Part shown: positions 1-14,600 of the stretch, piece by piece
How the letters are laid out: every line of letters starts with the position of its first letter
Numbering within the stretch: the stretch's first letter is position 1
Assembly: GCA_046563655.1 (NCBI GenBank)
Contig: CM102287.1
Location: 5,518,001 to 5,582,000, forward strand
Origin: Yuukianura sp. NJ FZ-2021
Lineage: Eukaryota
Length of the DNA: 64,000 nt
Direction: 5' to 3'
Program-made: the position numbers and the translations under genes
The notes under the pieces: model-generated
Database searches by the model: none
Seen by the model: the letters and a program-made list of their open reading frames with translations, nothing else
What the model was told of the DNA's origin: nothing

Positions 1-2955
1 TAAAAAGAAACAAGAAAAAATCTTGGACGTCTTTTGTTTTCTTCGAATTTCTAAAAAAAAGCTAGCAGGGGAAACTGTTTTGTATAAAAATTTAAACAAT
101 GCCTTGTTTTATTTATAAACCAAATTACCTCCATCTCTTCACGGTTTAATTCGCTCCTTCTGATCCTAATTTAAGCCTAGGAATTCTAATAAGAGTAGTT
201 TTATTAACCCTTCTTCCATTTGATCCTGAGATGCTAATGGGGAGAACAGTTGGATTTGATATCAAATAACCAAAGTGGAGCTAAGTACCTTGACGGGTCC
301 ATTAGCAGATCAAATCAAATTAAAGTCAAAACATAGACCAAGCACACAACAACTTCCATAATTGGACTCTCATTGTAAAATTAAAGCAAATCAACCCTCA
401 TGTTCAGTTCAAAAACACGGAGAGCGTTGCTTGTTTTCATTCTAGTCTCTTGACATAAAAGGTCAGACATTTCCTTGCTGTCGACCTGAAAAAAACGCAT
501 GCTAAGCATGTCAAAGATTTATGTTGATGTGAGCATTTTTAGATTTTAACTTGTCAGTAACATTTCTAAAACAATTGTTATTGACAATTCGAAGGCTTTT
601 GATTAAAATGTTTCATGAATTTGACACTTGTCGAATTTTGATACAGCATGAGTGAAGGCTAGCGCTTTAAGACGTAAAAATGTATCCGAATTCGTTCTCA
701 GTCTTTCCAGATTAAAAATCCCGAAAAATTCAAAAAACTTGTTCTGTGGGAGAGTAAATTGGAGGAAGTTTGCCCAATTTTGGTCACGTCAATTCATTCC
801 CTATGTGCTTGTCCAACGCTTAAACCTCGAGGATATTTACATTGATGGGTAATTCAGAGTCAATTAGAAGATGATAGTAATTAGACGTTACTTTTGACGT
901 TAGAAGCGCATACAAGTCCATCCTTGTTGACTCAACATCCCAACCCAAATTAGGTTCACGAATTTAGAGCAAACCTTTCAAAACAACGAAAAACGAAGCT
1001 GAAGTTTTCATGCATGCCGGAGGCATACGTACGGAACGCACACAATCAATGTTTAAACTTCCCTCCGAAATTCTACCTTTTTACATTTAATTATAGCCTG
1101 AACAATTGCAAAAACATGTAATGGTAGTTGGCATTTTTATCCTCCGCTAATTTTCTAAAAAACATGAATTTTAAAGTAACTCAGAAACTGGATTCCTGCG
1201 TTCCGGCCTTGTATCTGATCAATCCTTCTTGGAAAAATGGGCCAACTGACGGATTTAAAAAGTTCCTGCAGGGCAATGTCGAGGATGCTTAAGTTTGCGA
1301 TTAGTTTTAATTACAAAGAACCTCAACTAAACCTAACCAATTAATAAACTGAAGAAACAAAGATGATGGTTAGAAACACGAAGTTTGACGAACCCAGCGG
1401 CCAGAAAGCGATTATCCGCCTCTGAGTCTTTGAGTTTGGACGTGACATGATGATGAGTAGGTTGGAAAGTAAACAATCCCACAGAATCACTCCCATTTAC
1501 CCTCATAAAGGAAATTAAGAAACGCCTTCCATCATCCGCCTCCTGATCAGAATTTAGATATTCATCATCATCCGATTCACATTTTCAAGTTGTTAGTTTA
1601 AGGAATTAAAAAAAACAAGGTCTTTAACTCATAATTTTCCTTAACATGATTCACAAAATTCCGAGAAAAACTGTTGGTTCTAAGAAATTCAGGCATCAGC
1701 ACATTACATGAACATCGAAATCAGAAATCAAAGCAGAGGAAAGTTTCATTTTGTAATTTTAAATTTTGATTTCAATAATTTTCAAACCAAATGTAGTAGA
1801 CTTATCGAACTCAAGTTAGCATTAACCGGAATTTTCGCAATGTACGGAAACTGTACGAGGTTACAAGGGTGATGAGAGGGATGAAATTTTAAATAGACTA
1901 AAACGAAAAACCAAATTTGGCTTTGATGATTCCTTTGTGTGTCTTTTGTGTTTAAAATTCATAAGGTTCCGCTTATTCAGCTCAAGTTTTTTGAACATAA
2001 ATTCGCCAATTTAATAAAGTCTAAAAGAAAGGGGCAGAAGCCTTACGGAGAACCATACAACTTCACTCTTGTTCGTTTCAAAAAAATTAGCAGCATGGAC
2101 TATTCTCTAGTCTTTACATAGTGACTGCTCTGAAGTCTCTATCCTTTAGCCAGTTTGTAAAAAATCATAAGGAAACTTTCTCCACACTAGCCAAAGTGAA
2201 AGTTAAAAGTTAACCTACTTTCTACAACTTTTCTCTTGACACAATGAATAAAAAAGTTTGAGAAGAAGCTAATGTAGAATTTATGCTAATTTTGGCTCCT
2301 CATGGACCCAGCAGGAGCTTGTAAAAACAATATTCCTATTTTCATCATTCCAAAGCTGAGTAATTTTAAGTTCACATTGTACAAACCGTTCTCAGAATTA
2401 GACATCATCTAGGTTGATTAACCTAATACAATATTATTTAAACTTATGGTTACACAAAATTGAATCATTTCACAATTTGATCATTACTAAACTTTAAAAA
2501 AAATGCTACCATGCTTGCACAAATTGAATACACTGTACTAAATCTAATACACCAATCGTACTTATTGACAGTTCCCAGTTACTCTCTAGTAATAATAATT
2601 TACAGAAAGCAGTGAGAGCGACCACTGCTCAATGAAATTTTCAGTTCTAACTGGCCGCTGGAAACCAGTATAAACATTAGGTGAAAACTTCACTGATTTT
2701 ACGCAATACAATTCAATTGTGACAACCTCAAAGTTAGTCATTAAAAACCACTGAACACGAATGGCATAAGTGTAACAGAATTTCAATTTAAAACCTAATT
2801 TCTAGTACCCTAATAATTTCCAGTTTACATGATCCATTTCCTACATGCGTGGATCAGCACTGGAAATTCTAACTGGTCCAAAATGTTAAAAATTTGGAAA
2901 AGACGCATGCTTCACTCCATGATGCCAAAAATTAACATATTCAGGATTATTAACT

Positions 2956-3095
2956 TCAGGTTTCAGAATTCACATGAGATCCACTTGGCAAGTAAGGGCG
3001 ACCTAGCCATTCATCTGCAATTCTGCCAGCTTCTCTGAATCCAGATAACAGTGCGCCATGAACTGTAGCCGGGTAATTTCTAATCGTATGCTCGC
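2956..3095 (-). CDS. KDM1A: LSD1 last coding exon ((G)[45 protein letters not shown])
   Basis: ttgtag acceptor; TGA stop at 2956-2958; absent from the ORF track, translated by hand. Confidence 0.95.
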
Positions 3096-6000
3096 CTACA
3101 ACATAAAATACAGCAAAATAAATTCAAATCGAAATTCTTGACCGTGATTCAGCACTCTGATTTCATTTAACATCACTTCAGTTCCAAACTGAGCTTTCAA
3201 TTTCACATTAATATTATGAAAACGTCATTCTGAACATAAGAACGCCATTTATTTCGAAACCGGACTCTTCAATTCCCAGCGCTCTAAACTAACAGTTCCT
3301 CCGCATTTCGGTTGAAAAAATTGCCGTCAAAGGACAATGGAATGTATCTATTACCTCCTGAAAATTCATTGGATTACATTACATTTCGTTGCACCACGTT
3401 AAGACCAAATTCTGAGAGACGAGGACAGAGACATCAAATTAAATTCATTCGGATGAAAGAACCCAACTCCCTCGCAGCCTCCCCTTAGTTCTTGTTAAGG
3501 CCACAATAAAATAACAGACAGATATCTCCCATCTCCCTTTCTCAGCAGCATTCCAAGCCAACTTTCACTGTTCCCGGACACTTCTGAACGGGAAATTCAT
3601 GGATAGTGCTCTTCAGCATACATAGAACATAACCCAAACATACTCTAGTAAGCGAAAGTGAGTGCCGGGTTACGCTCAGAAACTACACCACAATTCCAAC
3701 TTTGCGGCACACTTGGAACAAACAGCAGCATGCAGCTTTTCATGAGGAAAAGAGAAAGCGAGAGCCGAAATAAGCGAAATATGAAAAAAACAAGACAACA
3801 AAAGGACTTTGTGTGATAGGGAAGCAAATATTCCAGTCTCTACAGAGAACGTAATACGAGTAAACATTGTGCTGCCGTTACCAATTCATCTCACTTTGAG
3901 TCTCATTGGGAACACAATGACTGCAGGGGGGATGCGGTTTGCGTTTGTTGGACATGCAACGTAACGGAGGCTTTCACTGGAAGCGCATCCAACTAAAGAA
4001 AATCCAGAGCACGGAAGCAGCAGAATCCGCCAAGATAAGGTCGTGACCAAACAGGAACCTAAGAGAAAGCCTCCTTCGCTCTCACGGGAGAAAGTTAGAT
4101 TGACTCCCTAACTAATTTATTCCCAGAGTTAATCAAACTGACTTTTCTTAAGCTCCCTTGTCAGTTTACTTTCGTATCTCACTCAAGTCAAGACAATGAG
4201 ACACGCACTCCTGCCTCTTCATAAAAGATTTCCAGATTCCGGCAAGAGAAAGCCCGAGAGACACCAGTAAGATAGAAACCGCACCAAGTTCCTTAAAAAG
4301 ATGTAAGAGAATAAAAAAAAATCTGCTTTTCAAATAACCGAGAAAAGCCTTGAAGCAGAATTTCAGAAAAACAGGCATTTCTAATTAGACCAAAGTAGGA
4401 CGGAAAGCGACTAACCGAAGCGGCAGTAGTGGCATCCATCTCACAATTTTCCCATATGGGAAGACATGTGGCTTTTTCCCTAGGCACTTTCATCCTCCAG
4501 ACCTCAACATTTGCTACACTTTCACTAAGAAATGGGAGAAATTCCAAAAATTCTAGCCAAAAAAGAGGAAACACCAGAATTTCAAGGAAATTCTTCATAC
4601 AAAGCATCACTTTTCGTATAAAAGGGTTTTTGCATACGCTGAAGCTTCACTGACCGAGTTCTGCACTATGCTTTTAAAATCCCACAATCCTATTTCCGTT
4701 TCTGCAACAATTGGCAAAGGCTGTCGGTTTTCTAAAATAAAAAGGATTTCAAACAACCTTACCCTAACAAGATCCAATTTGCGAAAAACAAACGTGCAGC
4801 GCTAACTTTAAAGCCGAAAGCCTTTCGAAATTCCAGCACGAACGAGGTTTAGCACCAAAGCGTGCTCGAACGACAAAATACGCTAGGGAAATGGGAATTT
4901 AAGCTTGTGCAAATGAATTTTCAAAGACACAATGGTAATAACATGCAGCAGCACAAGAAAGGAATAGCATCCTCTTGACATTAGACTGTACAAAGGTAAG
5001 GAATTCGCAAGCCTTTGAAGGTTTGCGTGGAACACAAAGGAAAAGCTTCGGCGGGTATCCAAAAGTGAAAGCTAGAAGAAGACGACTCAATCATTTTCCA
5101 TTTTCAATTTTGAATTTCAGCCAAAAAGGAGCTTCTTATATAAAGGAAAACCAAAATAATTAACGCCAAGCTTCTGCTTTCCTTAATTACTTTGATTTTC
5201 CAAAAACTCGGCTTAGTTTCAAATTATTTTCTGGGAAAGTCTACATGCGACCAGCATCAGCTGCTGCTCCGGAGGCTTCCTTCCAGGAAAATCTTTGTCT
5301 GAACCAAAAGGAAGCCTTGTCCCATGTGGCAATTGGCGAAAAAAGTCATTAAAACTCTGCGAAAATTTATCCTCGTGTGGGTTGAAAGTCTTCTTTTAGC
5401 GAATCTAATCTGGCTCCTTAGTCTCCTAACGTCCTCCTATCAGTTTCTTCCCATTAGACGGAGGCTAATGAAGCGTGAAGATCGTTTCACTTCTTGAGCA
5501 AAGAAGATTAGTTGTATGAGGAGAAATGGCTTTGGTCTTTTGAAAGAGAAAGCGGTGGGATACACTATATCCCATGGATTTTAATTCACGCTCTAAAGGA
5601 AGACGTTTATCATTCCATTGACAAAAGTGTCAATGAGACTGATAGCTCTTCTGTGTAGTTTTTTTCCCAGAAGACAAACTCGGGTAATTGAGTAAAGCTT
5701 CCGGAAGAACGGAAATTACTTTGTAAAACTTTTTGAAGTGAGACGCGTCATTATAGTCCGATGAGCAACGCATCAGTGGAATTCAAAAAAAAAAGTTTTC
5801 CTTACCTGCAAAGTAGAGTCGGTTTTTTGACGCGGGGCGTTCAGCGTCATCTCCTCCAGTGGCAGCGGGGATTGGTGGATTTGAGTCAGCGACGCCTGAC
5901 ACTGGAGCGGAAAGTAAATCGTAATCATTTCCAGAAGCTCCTACTGCCACAAACGAATATGAACCGCGAGACCATGGATCGTTTTTCCATCGGGTCACTA

Positions 6001-8667
6001 GCGTGTCACGCGGCTACAAAGACAGGAATTAAGAGCGCTTCAGTTCAGCTGAACAGTTAAAATGAGCATTTCATTCCCTTTTAAGTTTCAGCTGAATACT
6101 AACCTGTGGTACATTTGGTCCGAAAATTGCTCTGAGTACGGCAATACAGCGTCCGACGACGACATCGTCAGAGACTTCTTCCATGACAGCCGCAGCATCT
6201 CCAGCTACCAAGGCTAGGAGAACAGGAGCCTTGTACAGGTTCCAAAACAGGAACAATTCGCCTGGAAATTGTAAAAACCAAACTTTTATAATCATTTCAG
6301 CAAAAATTAAATTTTCAAATGAAAACTGGACATAAGTTTTAGTTTAAAGAGCATTTTACCACGAGATGCTGTCGTTGAGCCGACATGTCCAAAGAGATTA
6401 CAGTTCTCATCCCAAAAAACTTGGTTGAAACAGAGCACGACTTTGTTTAGATTTCCAAAGCCGAGCCGCATGATAGCCTCCGTCTGTTGCATTCAAGAGG
6501 AAAACAAAAGGCAATTCATTAAGTTCCGGTCCAGTTTTAATTTAAAACAAAAAGTGACTTTGTAAATTACATTACCTTCCAGTCTGGCAGAGGAGGAACA
6601 AATTGGACAACATTATTAGAACAAATTGTTTTCCAGTTTGGACTCTGGCTGGGCATCTGTTGACTGTTGAAGAACTGGACAGAGTGACGAAGAACGCCGA
6701 GCGGCAAAGTGCACAGTACAACGTCAGCTGGAATAAAATGTTTAAAAATTCAGGTTAAAAGTGGAAGAATTTTAGTTTTTTCTTAGATTCGGTTTCGAGT
6801 AATTTTAATGCTGATTCAAGTTTTTCAAGACAGGATTTTTTTTTCTAAAACTATGTAAAATGTAAACTAAAATTGAAGTAAACTTAACTAAAGTAAACTT
6901 TCGCCAGGAATTTAAGTAAGTGCACACCAAGAACTTTTTTTTGGGCAAAACAATGCTCCCTTGGCGGTAGTAGTTTGGCTATCCGAAAAGACACATTTTC
7001 TTTCTCTTTTTTTTTTCTGGAGAAAGTAGTTTTAGTTCCCCAGAAAAAGTTGTGGGGCTGGATTCATTTTTGTGGAAACGAAAGTCGACATGTGAGACAA
7101 AAGGATCCTAAAAGTCAGGGCTCATAAAGTGAGTGTAATTTTAATTCCCATAAAGTAGGAAGTTGGTTACATATGTGGTTTTGGAGGAAAGTGGGTTAGT
7201 CCTACTCCCTCGTTGAAGCTTGAGAGGTTCCTGTCAGCCCAAATGGGCAAAGTAATGCATATCATAATAATATTTAGGATTCAAGGGAAAAGGAAACCAA
7301 CTCAAATGGAAAGTGGGCATTCCGGATGCTTCTTTCTCCCGCAAAAACCCCACACTTCTCTCTAAAATATAGATGATGAACAAAAAGCCAAAAGCCAACT
7401 TTCTCTGGCACTTTTCTCTAAAAAAAAGTCCAGCTTTTGCCAAAAATGGTCAAAAGCAATTACATCAACAACAGTATGTAATACACTCAAACGTAGTTTT
7501 TTTGCAATCTATTCTCTTTAAGTTTAACCCGATACAAGAAATTATCTAAAATCCTCAAATCACAAAGTTAGAAAATTAGTGCGATTTTGATTTTGTCCCA
7601 ACTTGTGAAATGCGAAATAAAAAATTTCAAACTGTATGAACAATTTAAAGTCAAATTTTAAGCATCCTGCCAACACCGCTCAACTTTGTGAAGAAGTAAA
7701 CCAAATTTTCTTAAAAAAGAAAACGAATTTTAAGTAAGTGGTTTGGTGTATATTCAAAGTATTTTGAGCAAATTGCAGGAAATGGTGAAAGTAAAACGGA
7801 AAAGTGAAAAAGAGCGCGGAAAGGAAGGGAAATAGAGTTTTACGAGACATTGATTCGTAGTTATGGATTGCCTAAATGAGTTTCATGGCTTTTGTGGATC
7901 TCATAATGGAGACGAAACGTTTTAAGCTTCTCCCGCCCTCCTACTTAACTTTCCCATGTTCCAATGTTCCATTCACCGGTCTAACCTAAAAAAGTTAAGC
8001 ATTTGGCCCTGCTTTCCTTCCATTAAGAACAGTGTTGACTCAATTCCGAAGCCTCCATATTCTTAGCGCCAGTTACCCACCCGCCGAGGCTTCCGCTCCA
8101 TTTTAATCATCAACTTCCGCTCCAACCATAGTACATAGTAGTCCCCAGGACTCAATCAAAATATTACTGCCAACCATTACGGAAACTCCTTTTTCCCGCT
8201 AGGATGAGGAACATGGCGGGATAATTTGAAAAAGTGAAAGCAAAGGCTGTCTAAACACTAGATGTCCCGCAGTCTCTTTGCTTAGTACATGACGACTAAT
8301 AATTTCATCAATCTTCCTTTCACTATCCGGACTAACTTGTACCTTAAGGCCACAAGGAAATGTAGGGCCGGAACCAACACGAAGATGATCCGCTGACGTG
8401 CAATCATTCTCATTTGTTGCGAATGGGCGGATAGGCAATGGATCAGAAAAGTAAACAAATCCTAAACATATCACTTTCAGCCTCTTTACTTTTCTAGTTT
8501 TAGTCTCTTACCTTCATAGGTCTTCGTTTCAACAGAGTCTGTCGTTGCATCCGTTGTGACGATCCGAACGCCCCGAGGCATTGTCAAGATTTGCCGAACC
8601 GCTTGGCCATAAATGATGTTCAAATTCTGCGCCAGAGCTAACGGAACACAGGAGTAGCCATTTCGAA
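2956..8667 (-). CDS. KDM1A: Lysine-specific histone demethylase 1 (LSD1/Su(var)3-3), 3' part of gene. Six coding exons: 8512-8667, 6576-6727, 6360-6483, 6104-6261, 5806-6013, 2956-3095 (about 311 C-terminal aa, amine oxidase domain). 5'-partial.
   Basis: The spliced translation carries LSD1 hallmarks: [127 protein letters not shown]. All five internal introns are GT-AG with matching phases (1,0,1,0,1). Confidence 0.97.
5806..6013 (-). CDS. KDM1A: LSD1 exon ([21 protein letters not shown]...RLYFA)
   Basis: ttgtag acceptor and G|gtaag donor; 208 nt. Confidence 0.95.
6104..6261 (-). CDS. KDM1A: LSD1 exon ((G)[20 protein letters not shown]...NVPQ)
   Basis: ttccag acceptor and CAG|gttagt donor; 158 nt. 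Confidence 0.95.
6360..6483 (-). CDS. KDM1A: LSD1 exon ([19 protein letters not shown]...STTASR), contains the catalytic Lys (human K661 equivalent)
   Basis: caacag acceptor and G|gtaaaa donor; 124 nt. Confidence 0.95.
6576..6727 (-). CDS. KDM1A: LSD1 exon ((A)[13 protein letters not shown]...FVPPLPDWK)
   Basis: ttccag acceptor and AAG|gtaatg donor; 152 nt; absent from the ORF track, translated by hand. Confidence 0.94.
8512..8667 (-). CDS. KDM1A: LSD1 exon ((V)[15 protein letters not shown]...KTYE), most upstream exon found
   Basis: ttgcag acceptor and G|gtaag donor; 156 nt; phase 1/1. Confidence 0.95.
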
Positions 8668-11600
8668 CTGCAAATTTAAAAAAAATGTTATTAAAATTCA
8701 TGAAAACCATTTCCAACTTTCAAAAACTTTCACTTTAGCATGTGAATCGAAACTGATTTTCTATCGTTACCAACAAAAGTTAGTACTAACAAAAAAAAAA
8801 GTTTTCGAAAATTGCAACAAGGTTTTTAGGCAGTCAAGCAGGCAAGGTTCAACTCAAAAGCAGAGTTGTTAGTTGCATCATTTCCTTTACAAAAACAATT
8901 AACAAACTTTTGGAAACTCGACAGGAGCTTTCTTCATATGGTCTTTTGTACTTAAGATGTCAAAACTGATCAAAGCCAGACTTTGCCAAAAGCTAAGACC
9001 AAAAAAAGTTAGTTAAATTCAAGAACCCAAAAAAGTTGAAATTAAAAACGAGGAATTCAAGAAAAACTGGAAAGTTGGCACAAAGTCCTTGGAGAGCTTG
9101 AAGTTTGGAAGGAGGCGGGGCTGAGGGCAGTTGAAGTGGTTTGCATGGCGGATTTTAATTGTCATCCACTTGGTATGAGCATCTTCTCAATTAGGCCATT
9201 CCGCTTCAAGGGGACTGGTTAGAAGGAAGGCGGAGATGGGCTTCAATGGGTGTCCTTAACTACAAACTACAATGGCATAAATGCAAATTTGGGAAATAAA
9301 CTATAGTCAGTCCTAAAAAGCATCGGTCAAAAAATGGAATTTCTACTTTTTAGTTACTTAGTTACTCCCTCCGACAGATCCCGTATAAAACTGCAATCAG
9401 CAGAATAACTAATACTAAAACTGGCCAAAATGAAAACTACCAACACCCAAACTTACGACTTCCTACTAAAATGTCAAAATTAGGAGTGCATCAGAATCTT
9501 TGACATTACTAAAATCTTTAAAAATTAACTTTAGGTTGAGGAAAATCGAGTTGAGGAAGTCAAGTTTCAAATCCATCAAAAATGAAACCTGAAATTTCGC
9601 CTCAGTGTGGTATTAATATTACAACAGGTAAATAATTAAGTTAGTTTGCAATGATGAAGTTGCTATTTAGAATGTATGTATAAATAATAAATTTATATTT
9701 ATAAATATAAATGTATACACGAATTACACGCATAGGCATAAAGAAAAAATTGAAGTTGTGTATTTGAACATGACTTAAATATAAATCGTGAATTCACATT
9801 GGGGAGTTTTCAATTCAAATTTTAATTTCGAGAAATTCTAAATTCTGAATTTGCGTGTTTTTCCCATTCAACTTCTTCCTGAGAATTGTTGCATTTTGTT
9901 TACTAGTTCCACTTTGTGAAGCGTAAGTTTTAATTTTGCAAGAACGTCGCATACTAATTGGACATTTGAAAAGATGAAAGGAGATTATGCCACCGGCTTC
10001 TTCCTGGAAGAGCTCTTTTCAAAACAGACGAGCATTTCCGGAAGAGAGAGGAAAAGCCCGGGAATCATTAGCATTACCATTAGCTTTTAAGTTCCCCTTC
10101 ATTCTTACGCTCTGCCACCAACATTAAGGCGTCCTACTTTCACCAAACAAACGGAAAATAAGAAAATTAGAACAAGGCTTCTCCTCTCCTCTCTGTTTGG
10201 CATTTGGATTAATTTACATTTAATTCCTATTCCTTCCAACTTTTCTTTTGAAATTTTGACAAAAGTTGCAAGAGGGAGAAAGCTAAGAGCTGGAAGATGA
10301 AAAAGATTAAAGATTAGACGTGAAACATGAGGAGAAAGTGGAGCATCTTTGCAAAGAGAATGCAAATAAACATTCTGCTTTTACGAATAAGTTACAAACA
10401 GTATGAAATGCAGCATACTTCTTAAAAATTTTAAAAGTAATTCTGGTTGTGTGTGATTAACTTTTAAAGTTGAAATTACAGCAAAAGCTTCTTTTTTGTC
10501 CTACAGTGACAGGAACCATCATGGAAGAGAGTTCGCTTGTCACTTGATGCCTCGATTCTCAGCCCCCACTTTATTGGCCATTTGGTTTTGATTAGGCTCC
10601 TACTTATTCCGAATCTTAAGTTTAGTCTGAGAATCGGATTCAGAAGTCGACGAGCATGGTGGCTTTGGGTTTAGCAGAATTAAAAGCCATTGTTAAACTA
10701 ACATTCCCTCCCACGGAGTTGAGCACTTTCTCAATTGTTAAGACCTTAAGCAAAAGGCTCTTTATCCTCCCTGCAAAAGTTTTCTCAACCAAAAGACTAA
10801 TAAATTGGTCTTAATTCCACTTAATTTCCACTTGACCTCACGCAGTCTCAGCCCTTTTCCTTGGGAAGATGGGAGTTGAGATTCTCATGACACTGCTGCT
10901 GGCTGCGATGAAGCGGCGATGAATAATCTCCCACGTTCTTCTAATAAATAACTCCTCTGCTTCACAAGATAGTTTTACGGGTGAGGCCATAAAACCCACA
11001 TGGACAATCAAGAGTTAAACTTCGGAGAGTACTAAAAGTACTAAGTTCGGCCACATCTTAATCTCAGAGTCAACAACATCGGGCTCCAACAGCCGCCAAT
11101 TAATGAACTTTGCCTCTCCAATTTAAACACATTAATCCAATACAAATATTTACAGAAGCGTAAAGTCACCTAACCTATCAAATGTCACTCCCTCCGAAGT
11201 GCTGTAGCTGAGAACCTACTTAGGCGAACAAGCTTTGTTTAAACTTAGGTTAGCCTAACCTGATTTAGCCTAACTAACCTAATTATATAGTTTCAAACTA
11301 GGATTTAGTGCCAGTAGTTGATCAAACCTGATCTCCAAACTTCAAACTCGTCGTAACCTCATCAGTATCACCAAATCCATTACAGCCACTTGGGAATTTC
11401 AACCTCAAAAACTGTCTCCGATTACCAATTACGGTGACTTTCTCCCTCAACAACAAAATTTTCAAAGCCCTTAAAATACTTCAAGTGCCTACTTTTTTTA
11501 GTTCAATGCCCTGAATACTTTAGGGAAGGGAACAGATCCTTGACACGTCATTAATTCCATGATCAATTGCCCTACAGAGAAGAAGAAGGCTTTGCATCAA

Positions 11601-14600
11601 AATCCGAACCCGGTAACATTTGAGCAATTAATTACTTGCTCCATAGGAATTACCCTGTCATCACGACTAAGAAAACCAAAGCCAAGGGAGCAGCGAACCT
11701 TAAGCACCACAATTCGATTCTAGTCGAACACTTCGGCAATTTCGGCTCGAAAGAATTTTGAATTTCCGTAGGCAGTTTGCCGTTGAACGTAACCGCGGTC
11801 ACAACCTGGGCTCGTCTTAGACAATCAAAATTCCTACCTCTAGATCCTTCTCTGATTGAATTTCAAGCACCTAATTTGGCCTTTGACCTCTGCCCCTGAC
11901 CCCCCAAGTACCGCCAATGAAACAATGCTTTCCGCACAGTTATTTCTCATATCGTCCTGTCATCAACCACACTCGACTCCCGTGGATTCGCACAAGCCTT
12001 ACAAAAACTAATCAATTGACTATTTTGCCGCCAATGTAATGTACAAAAAGTTATAACTACATTTTCACTTTAGTTCCACTTAAAAAAATTACCATTACGT
12101 TGCTCACTTCAGTTCTTTTTTTTTTGCTCAAGTTTTGTAGACGGACTTTCTTGCTGCTGCATGCAACTCAACAGTGGCAAAATTTTTCAAACAAGGTATC
12201 TGAAGGATCAGAAAATTGGTCCGAAAGAAATTCAAGCCCTGAATGAACTCCGCCCAAGGAACACAAATAAACAGAGCCATACAAAGGACTCGGGGGAATT
12301 TGGCTCAGCTTCACCCAGCTCCTCAATGATCTCATTCAGGATCTTCCTTTGCAAAGGCGTTGCAAGGATCCTCTACTAGAAAAGAAACCTAACCTACAGG
12401 AACATTACCTGCGGTGGTGCCTCCGCAACTCAATTTCTCAAAAATCTACTTCAAAAGCTCAGAGAAAATGAAATGTGAGGAGCCCTGAGAAAAGAAAACA
12501 AGGCAGCATCGTAGTTTACACACTATCTTGTATGCCTCTGAACTATTTACTCTGAACCAAAAAGAAAACTTGGGAGGTCTCCGCAGTACATCATAGCAGC
12601 AGATGAAAAACCAACAGAGGAGAGTATGGACCCTGGGAAAGAGAAAGCAAACCTAAATAAAAAATCTCCAATCATCACAGTAACAAATTGCATTTACTTT
12701 CTCCTTTCACTTTGAACTCAATGACTCCAGACTGTGCTGCACACAATTCGTTTTTCTCTCGTCCAACCTTATTCCGCCAAAGACTCAAAACAAAAGGCGT
12801 CTCTAATGTTTCTTTCCTTTTCCACAAAAACAAGGCTTGTGAATTTCGGAATTGCAATTGGAGTTTTCTATCAGCCCCGACAATGGAAAAAGGAAAACAA
12901 AACAACTTTCTCTGCTTTCATCAAACACTAAACACTCTAATTTCCTATTCCTTGTTCCATCAAATCATAGAGTGCACCAAAGCAACTGGAATTAGATTCT
13001 CCAATTCCTAGTCAACTGGAAAGGAGGGCTATAAATAAATCATTTGTTCATTAACCTCCCGTGCACTCCTCCCTAACCTAACATAGTAAGCCTAACATAA
13101 GCAAAGCACATCGTACTTTCTCTACAAAACAAAAAGTGAAAGCAGTGGAAAAGGAGATTAAAGAGCCCTTAATCAACCCACGCGTTTTGTTTTCTCAAGA
13201 AGGAAGGTTTAACCTAAAAAGTTAGCCTAGCAAGTTCTTCCGGGTTCAGCATCCGTGTAAGACGCTTTTCAATTTTTCATTATGAAAACCTTCAATAGCA
13301 GAAAAGCGTTGGTGGGCGAGTTGAAGCTCTGTGCGTCTGGAAGCTTAAAACTCCCACTCTTTTTCGGTTTCGGCTTTAAAAGGCGGAAGAAGACGCATTT
13401 GAGAAATAAATATGCTCAAAGGGTCTCATAATTCAGGCTCAAGTGAGAGACCACTTTCCAGAGAAAGCTCTCAATAGGCAGAAGGACTCTCCAATTACTT
13501 TCCTCGAACAGACTATGACTCGTCTATAGGTAATGTTAAACTTTTAAGTTAGGTCTATAGGCTTTTTGGAGAAGACTAAGACTATAGAAGAGAGATACTT
13601 AATTCCATCAGGAACTAAAATGTGGTAATAGAAACATCAGTGCACGTTAAGGCTTTGAGCTAAAAAAAGAAACCGAAAAAGGATGAATGGGCTTCTTCGA
13701 AGGCTGGCAGCGGCGGAAGAAAAGCCTCCAGTTTCTCTCTTATTAAAAGAAATTTTGTTAAAAGAAGAGGGAAAGCAAGATCCATTAAGTTTTCATCCAA
13801 TATAAGTCTTCGTCTGCTGTACTTATTTTTTGTTACTACAAATAGGAACGACGGGGAGGCCATTAGAAACTGTACGGAGAAAGTCAAAGGCAGAAGAAGA
13901 CTTGGAGAAGTTGAAGTTAAGGCTTGACAGAATTTCATTTCATCTTCATCTGCAGAAGGCTTGCTTCCAGCCTTCTGAAATATTTATGCTTCATGTCCAA
14001 TATCCATCTTCATTCGGCCGTCTCTTCCTTCACTTTCAAAATCACGTTTTTGTGGGACATTCATACATTTGTAATGAAATGAAATGCTGCCAGAGTGCTA
14101 GAAACATTGGGTAGAATGATAGAAGCCGTTTGGATTCGATCCTATCTTACAACTCTAACCTCCAAAATTTATTTCTCGGGTGAATTTCCCAAAAGGGAGA
14201 AAGTTTTTCTTTTTGATAAAATGCAATGAAATTCACCCCCGCATGCACTTAAATCTCAAAACATGTCATCTCTCTTGTGTGATGTTCCTGATTTGAAACC
14301 TATCATCTGACGTGGAATTGCCTACGAAAACTGAATCCCAGTAAGTTCCCAAAGTAGTTTCTGGAATTTAATCCTCTCCGAGTGATTAGAGTCGAAAGGA
14401 GGCAGGAAGAATCTATTAATATTAAAGGACTTCTGGCTTAAAAGCACCAAACTTCATCAAAACTCAAAGCCTGCAGGAGTTTCAAGGGAAGTCTGAATTT
14501 AGCAACGAAGTTCCACAGTCTCAACTGTCCTAATTAATAATTTAAAAGTTTCCAAGGTTCTCATCCTTCAAATACAGACAGAAGATGAGCCGTACTGCAG

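Noticed and set aside
10105..10365. ORF ending VGGR, like the LSD1 FAD-binding RVGGR motif
   Set aside because: No GxGxxG or LEARD upstream, a stop follows almost immediately, and exon order would be wrong
11330..11375. CTGATGAG on the minus strand, suggesting a hammerhead ribozyme core
   Set aside because: No stem II followed by GAAA
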